A DNA stretch of 64,000 bases, taken from NCBI GenBank assembly GCA_965203325.1, contig OZ241875.1, positions 3,392,001 to 3,456,000 of the forward strand. The letters are read 5' to 3'. The stretch's first letter is position 1. Every line of letters starts with the position of its first letter. This DNA is from a bacterium. GTDB taxonomy: Bacteria > UBA8248. The translations under genes and the position numbers were made by a program. The notes under the pieces were generated by a model. It saw only the letters and a program-made list of their open reading frames with translations, made no database searches and was not told the origin of the DNA. This document shows, in pieces, positions 59,279 to 64,000 of this stretch.

Positions 59279-60249
59279 CAGAGAGGGTACCGGCAGGCGA
59301 CGAGATGGCCCGCTTCGGTCTCCATGCGGGGAAGCGGCGGCTCGAGGCAATCCTCTTTGAGGTGTTCGCACCGCTCGCTATAGCGGCAAGCCGGGAGTTC
59401 CGCGCGCAGATCCGGCAGGTTGCCGGGAATCGAAGAAAGCTCGGCGAGGTCTCTGCTCGCATTCGGCGTGGCTCCGATGAGTTTCGCCGTGTAGGGATGC
59501 CGCGGACGCATGAACAGGTGTTCGGTATCGGCCACTTCGACCACGTGTCCCGAGTGCATGACGATTATCCTGTCGCAGTATTCCGCGGCGAGGCCGAGGT
59601 CGTGGGTGATGAGGATCGTTCCCATGTTTCTCTCACGCGCCGCGTCCTTGACGAGGTCCATGATCGCCGCCTGCGTCGTGACATCCAGACCCGTTACGGG
59701 TTCGTCCGCTATCAGGAGCCAGGGGTTGGAGGAGATGGCGATCGCGATCATCACGCGCTGGCACATGCCGCCGGAGAGTTCGAACGGATAGGCGCGGTAG
59801 CGTTTTTCCGGGTCGGGGATGTGGACCTGGTTGAGCAGATCGAGTGCGCGTTCGCGAATCTGCCGGCCGCGGAAACTGCTGTGGCGATAGATGACGTCCT
59901 CCAGCTGGCTGCCGATGGTCCGAATGGGGTTCAGCGCCGTTCTCGGGCTTTGGAAGATCATGGATATCTCGCGCCCGCGCATTTCCTGTAGTTCTTGCCC
60001 GGATTTTTCGAACAAAGAGATGCCCCCAAAGACAATCCGGCCTGAGGTGATTCTCGCCGCCGGATCGGAAATCCCCATGATGGCGTATGACATCACGGAT
60101 TTTCCCGAACCGCTCTCGCCGACGACGCCGACCGTCTCCCCCTTTTCAATCTCGAAGCTGACGTTCTCGAGCGCCTTGACGACGCCTGTGCGCGTGCGGA
60201 ATTCGAGCGAGAGATTATCGACGGCGAGAAGAGGGTTCCGGGATTCCAT
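59278..60249 (-). CDS. Peptide ABC transporter ATP-binding protein (DppD/OppD-like)
   Basis: [29 protein letters not shown]. Confidence 0.92.
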   Translation of the reverse strand: MESRNPLLAVDNLSLEFRTRTGVVKALENVSFEIEKGETVGVVGESGSGKSVMSYAIMGISDPAARITSGRIVFGGISLFEKSGQELQEMRGREISMIFQSPRTALNPIRTIGSQLEDVIYRHSSFRGRQIRERALDLLNQVHIPDPEKRYRAYPFELSGGMCQRVMIAIAISSNPWLLIADEPVTGLDVTTQAAIMDLVKDAARERNMGTILITHDLGLAAEYCDRIIVMHSGHVVEVADTEHLFMRPRHPYTAKLIGATPNASRDLAELSSIPGNLPDLRAELPACRYSERCEHLKEDCLEPPLPRMETEAGHLVACRYPL

Positions 60250-61094
60250 CACGTCCTCATTCTCGGGTCGATCAGATCGCGGAGGCCGTCGCCCAGAAGG
60301 TTGAAGCACAGCACGGCGAGCATCAGGGCGGCTCCGGGAAAGATGGCCAGCCACCACTCGCCCGAGACGATGAACTTGGCGCCCTCGGCCACCATGATGC
60401 CCCACTCGGGAGTCGGGGGCCGGACGCCCAAGCCGATGAAGGAGAGTCCCGCCGCGTTCAGTATGGCGTAACCCATGTTCAGCGATATCTGAACCATCAT
60501 GGGCGGCATGATGTTGGGTCCCATGTGAAATAACAGGATCCGGCCGTGTCCATTCCCCGAAAGGCGCGCCGCCTCCACGAACCCCGCTTCACGGCGCGAA
60601 TTCGCCTCGGCCCGCGCCACGCGCGCATAGAAGGGGAAGTTGATGACCGCCGTCGTGTAGACGATGTTCTCGATCGTGTTCCCCAGAGCCGAAACGATGC
60701 CCATGGCCAGCACGAAGAGGGGAAACGCCATGATGGTGTCGGTGAGACGACTGATGAGCTTGTCCGTCATCCCTCCGAAGTAGCCTGCGCATACGCCGGC
60801 GACGCTTCCCGCGACGAAGGAGAGCGAAACGGCCGCCACGGATATCGCGAGGTCGAGCCGCGTGGCCGTGATGACGCGGCTGAAAACGTCTCGCCCCAGA
60901 TTGTCGGTGCCGAACGGGTGCGCCCAAGAAGGCGGCTTGAGAGCGTTGGCCGTGTCGCTGGCGAGGGGATCGTAGGGCGCGAGCCAGGGGCCGAACAAAC
61001 CGAGGGCCAACAGCAAAAAGAAAAGGACGAACGAGAAAAGCGTGACGGGATTCTCCCCCATCACGTAGCGCAGGTGACGGAAATGGGCGCTCAC
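60249..61094 (-). CDS. Peptide ABC transporter permease (DppC-like)
   Basis: HPFGTDNLGRD, FVEAARLSG, LSFIGLG..PPTPEWG, NLLGDGLRD. Confidence 0.93.
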   Translation of the reverse strand: MSAHFRHLRYVMGENPVTLFSFVLFFLLLALGLFGPWLAPYDPLASDTANALKPPSWAHPFGTDNLGRDVFSRVITATRLDLAISVAAVSLSFVAGSVAGVCAGYFGGMTDKLISRLTDTIMAFPLFVLAMGIVSALGNTIENIVYTTAVINFPFYARVARAEANSRREAGFVEAARLSGNGHGRILLFHMGPNIMPPMMVQISLNMGYAILNAAGLSFIGLGVRPPTPEWGIMVAEGAKFIVSGEWWLAIFPGAALMLAVLCFNLLGDGLRDLIDPRMRT

Positions 61095-61096
61095 GC

Positions 61097-62125
61097 TCAG
61101 CCTTCCAGCCCGATACGCGGATCGACCACCGTATAGAGGATGTCGATCGCCAGGTTCAGGAGCACGTACATCAACGCCATGGCCAGAACGAAACCCTGCA
61201 CGGCGGCATAGTCCGAGGCGATGAGGGCCTCGATGGCGAACGAGCCGATGCCCGGCCAGGCGAAGACTTTCTCGACCAGAACGTTCGCCCCCAGCAGGAA
61301 CGAGAACACCATCCCGAGCGTGGTGAGAACGGGGAGAATGGCGTTTTGAAAAGCATAGACCCACAGCACCGTCCGGCGCGACAAACCGCTCGCCCGCGCC
61401 GTTCGGACGAAGTCGCTCGACAGGACCCCCAGCATCGCGGCTCTCGTCATCCGCGCGAGCGGGGCCAGGGCGAAAATCCCCAGTGTCGAGGCGGGGAGAA
61501 TCATCTGGGAAAATGATGCGCGAAAGACCTCCAAATCACCCGCGATGAGGCTGTCGATCAGGTAGAAGCCCGTAACGTGGTCGGGAGCGATGTGGATGAT
61601 GCTCAGGCGTCCGAGGGGAGCGGGCGAGAGCCCCAGCAGAAAATAGAAGATATAGACGAGGAACAACCCGGTGAAGAAGGTAGGCAGCGAAACTCCGATG
61701 GTCACGACCAGCCGGCAGAGGTGATCGACGAACGAGTTGGGCCGCGTGGCCGCCAGTATGCCCAGAGGGATGGCGATGGCGACGGCGAGAAACAGGCCCA
61801 TGAGCGTGAGTTCGAGCGAAGCCGGCAGCCGCGTGGCGAGTTCTTCCATGACGGGCTGGCCCGTGCTGATGGATTTGCCTAGGTCTCCGCGCGAGAGATT
61901 CTGGAGGTAGACCCAGAATTGCTCGGGCCAGCTCTTGTCGAGGCCCAGCGAGGCGCGTATCTCGGCGATGGATCTCTCATCCGCCGCAGGCCCGGCGAAG
62001 AACACCGCCGGGTCGCCCGGCAAGGCCCGCGTCAGAATGAACGTCACCACGATGATGCCCATCACGACCGGCGCCGCCTGCAGGAGGCGCCGGCCGATCA
62101 GGACAAGGGAATCGCCTTTCATCAC
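61097..62125 (-). CDS. Peptide ABC transporter permease (DppB-like)
   Basis: LPGDPA, GDLGKS, RTARASGL, VEKVFAWPGIG, DPRI. Confidence 0.93.
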   Translation of the reverse strand: MMKGDSLVLIGRRLLQAAPVVMGIIVVTFILTRALPGDPAVFFAGPAADERSIAEIRASLGLDKSWPEQFWVYLQNLSRGDLGKSISTGQPVMEELATRLPASLELTLMGLFLAVAIAIPLGILAATRPNSFVDHLCRLVVTIGVSLPTFFTGLFLVYIFYFLLGLSPAPLGRLSIIHIAPDHVTGFYLIDSLIAGDLEVFRASFSQMILPASTLGIFALAPLARMTRAAMLGVLSSDFVRTARASGLSRRTVLWVYAFQNAILPVLTTLGMVFSFLLGANVLVEKVFAWPGIGSFAIEALIASDYAAVQGFVLAMALMYVLLNLAIDILYTVVDPRIGLEG

Positions 62126-62170
62126 ATCGTCCCCCCCTTCAAAGGACGCGCTATTTCTTGCGAACCGGCT

Positions 62171-63832
62171 TCAGGCCTGTTTCGGCAGTTTCTTGAACGG
62201 CCTCACGTCGAGCTGACGGTGGAACCAGTACTCGTAACCTTCGATGTGCTTTTGCATGGCGACATCGAGATAGGGCTGCCAGAGCGGGATGAGGGGAACG
62301 TCCTCAAAGGCGATTTTGATGAACGCCTTGACGCGCTCCGCGTAGCCGGGGCTGCCCACCGGCATGTGCAGGGTCTCGTCGACCAGCTTGTTCAGCTTCG
62401 GGTTGTCGTAGTTCATGGAGTTGAACAGGCGTTTGGGCTGGTAGGCCCAGAAGAAATAATACTCAGGGTAATTCAGCCAGCCCCCGAAGTTCTTGAGGTG
62501 CATCGGGAGCTTCTTCTCGACGAGCGCCTTCGTCCGCCAGCCCGAGCCGGGGATCTTGTCGAGCTTCGCTTCAATCCCCACCTTGCCGAGCCCCTCCTGG
62601 ATGAGGAGCGCCGTCGGCTCCGTCCAGTAGGCGAGACCCAGGTTGAACGACAGCGTGACCTTGAAGCCCTCCGCGTAGCCGGCCTCTTTCAGCAGCGCCT
62701 TCGCCTTGTCCGGGTCGGTGTCGTAGGGGAAGGGCTGGGGCCACAGCGTGCCGGCGGGATCGGCGGATTTCGCTCCCCAGAGCGGCAGGCCGCGCTCATA
62801 GGCCGCCGCCTTGAATATCTTCTCATAAGGCATGGCGTAGGCCATCGCCTGGCGGACCCGCGCGTCGGCGAAGGGCTTGAAGTTCAGGTTGAGACCTACG
62901 GCGTGGATGCAGTTCTCGATGGGGACTCCTGCGATCTTGAGCTTCTTGTTGCTCGTGAGTTCCTTGGTGTCTTTCGGCGGGAGATCGAGAGAGACGTCGG
63001 CGTCGCCCCGAAGCAGGAGGGCGCGGCGCGTGGAGGCGGAGGCCACCTCGCGGACGATCACGCGCTTCACGCCGGGCAGGGGACCCGACTTCCACTCATC
63101 GTTGCGAATGTAAACGGTCTGCTGGCCGGGCTTCCAACGCCCCAGCTTGAAGGCCCCGCCCCCTTGCGGGTTCTTGTGCAGATATTCGGTCGCCCACGGG
63201 TCGGCCTTCGTGGCTTTGGCCTTGGCGGCGGCCGAATTGATGATGAGGGGCACGGGAACGCCCAGGTCGGGCAGTGTGAGCTTGCTTTTGCGGATGAAAT
63301 TGATCTTGAAGGTGTACTTATCCACGGCGATGAACTGTTCGGGCTTGATGAGCGAGCCCGCCTTCATCTGTACGGCCGGAAAACCGCCGAGCGAGACCGC
63401 GCGGTCGAAAGACCATTTCACGTCATGGGCGGTGACGGGTTTTCCGTCGTGGAACCTGGCGTCTTTGCGAATCTTGAAGGTGACTGACATGCCGTCGGAC
63501 GCGAAGCTCCAGGATTCGGCCAGTTCCGGTTCTATCTTTTGGTAATCGTACATGACATTGCCGTCGGGCAGCTTCTTGCGCCCGTAGGTGACGAGGCGGT
63601 CGTAGATGTTCACGGCGACCTGGTAGCTCGGGCGGTTGGTTCCCTTCCTGTGGATGTCCATGCTGTTGGGGCCGTTTCCGATCACGACCACGAGCGTGTC
63701 GCGGCCGGCGGCGGCCTCGGCGGACAGGTACTTGAGAAGCGGCAACAACCCCGCCCCTGCGGCGGCGCCTGCCCCGATTTTCAGAAAATCACGGCGCTTG
63801 AACTGCTTGTTATCCGGTACGTCCTTGTTCAT
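62171..63832 (-). CDS. ABC transporter substrate-binding protein, family 5, with Tat signal
   Basis: Twin-arginine motif KRRDFLK; LAESW...FKIRKDARFHDGKPVTAHDVKWSF family-5 signature. Confidence 0.93.
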   Translation of the reverse strand: MNKDVPDNKQFKRRDFLKIGAGAAAGAGLLPLLKYLSAEAAAGRDTLVVVIGNGPNSMDIHRKGTNRPSYQVAVNIYDRLVTYGRKKLPDGNVMYDYQKIEPELAESWSFASDGMSVTFKIRKDARFHDGKPVTAHDVKWSFDRAVSLGGFPAVQMKAGSLIKPEQFIAVDKYTFKINFIRKSKLTLPDLGVPVPLIINSAAAKAKATKADPWATEYLHKNPQGGGAFKLGRWKPGQQTVYIRNDEWKSGPLPGVKRVIVREVASASTRRALLLRGDADVSLDLPPKDTKELTSNKKLKIAGVPIENCIHAVGLNLNFKPFADARVRQAMAYAMPYEKIFKAAAYERGLPLWGAKSADPAGTLWPQPFPYDTDPDKAKALLKEAGYAEGFKVTLSFNLGLAYWTEPTALLIQEGLGKVGIEAKLDKIPGSGWRTKALVEKKLPMHLKNFGGWLNYPEYYFFWAYQPKRLFNSMNYDNPKLNKLVDETLHMPVGSPGYAERVKAFIKIAFEDVPLIPLWQPYLDVAMQKHIEGYEYWFHRQLDVRPFKKLPKQA

Positions 63833-64000
63833 GCTCGTCTCCTTCGTTGCGCCCGGCGGTGCGGGCTCTGGGAAAATAGTGACCCATACGGATGAAGATT
63901 CGAGCCGATTGAACGCTGCCGCCCCATTCCTGCATACATCAGGCTACGGGCAAGACGTGTCTTGCAGGTTTCGTGATGGTTAATTGCGGGTTTCTGATTT

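Overview
GC-rich bacterial chromosomal window with about 65 CDS and one tRNA-Arg(CCG). No rRNA, CRISPR array, integrase or transposase is visible. The taxon cannot be fixed from sequence alone; the kdsB-pyrG-kdsA order, MoeZ, RecD2 and LsrF fit a diderm, non-gammaproteobacterial lineage (inference). The core parts hold catabolic hydrolases and oxidoreductases (1-18 kb), a surface-polysaccharide/Kdo cluster (18-29 kb), thrC and a Cys/Met PLP enzyme, NfeD-stomatin, recD2, mazG and a complete Dpp/Opp-type ABC operon. Three accessory zones stand out. (1) A low-GC DUF1902-HicA toxin-antitoxin pair sits between two copies of a duplicated promoter plus gene start, just downstream of the tRNA. (2) A mosaic at 40-49.5 kb holds an AbiL/RloAB-like ATPase-TOPRIM pair, a frameshifted membrane-protein cassette, a thermonuclease homologue lacking its catalytic residues, a zeta-like pair, and REP/MITE elements. 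(3) The best candidate for an undescribed system is a four-unit tandem array at 52.8-54.65 kb. Each unit has its own conserved promoter, a switch-like 5' leader, a 64-93 aa single-TM plus coiled-coil micro-protein that varies in exact 7- and 11-aa steps, a stop-codon hairpin and an intrinsic terminator. All product calls rest on motifs read by eye; no searches were run.
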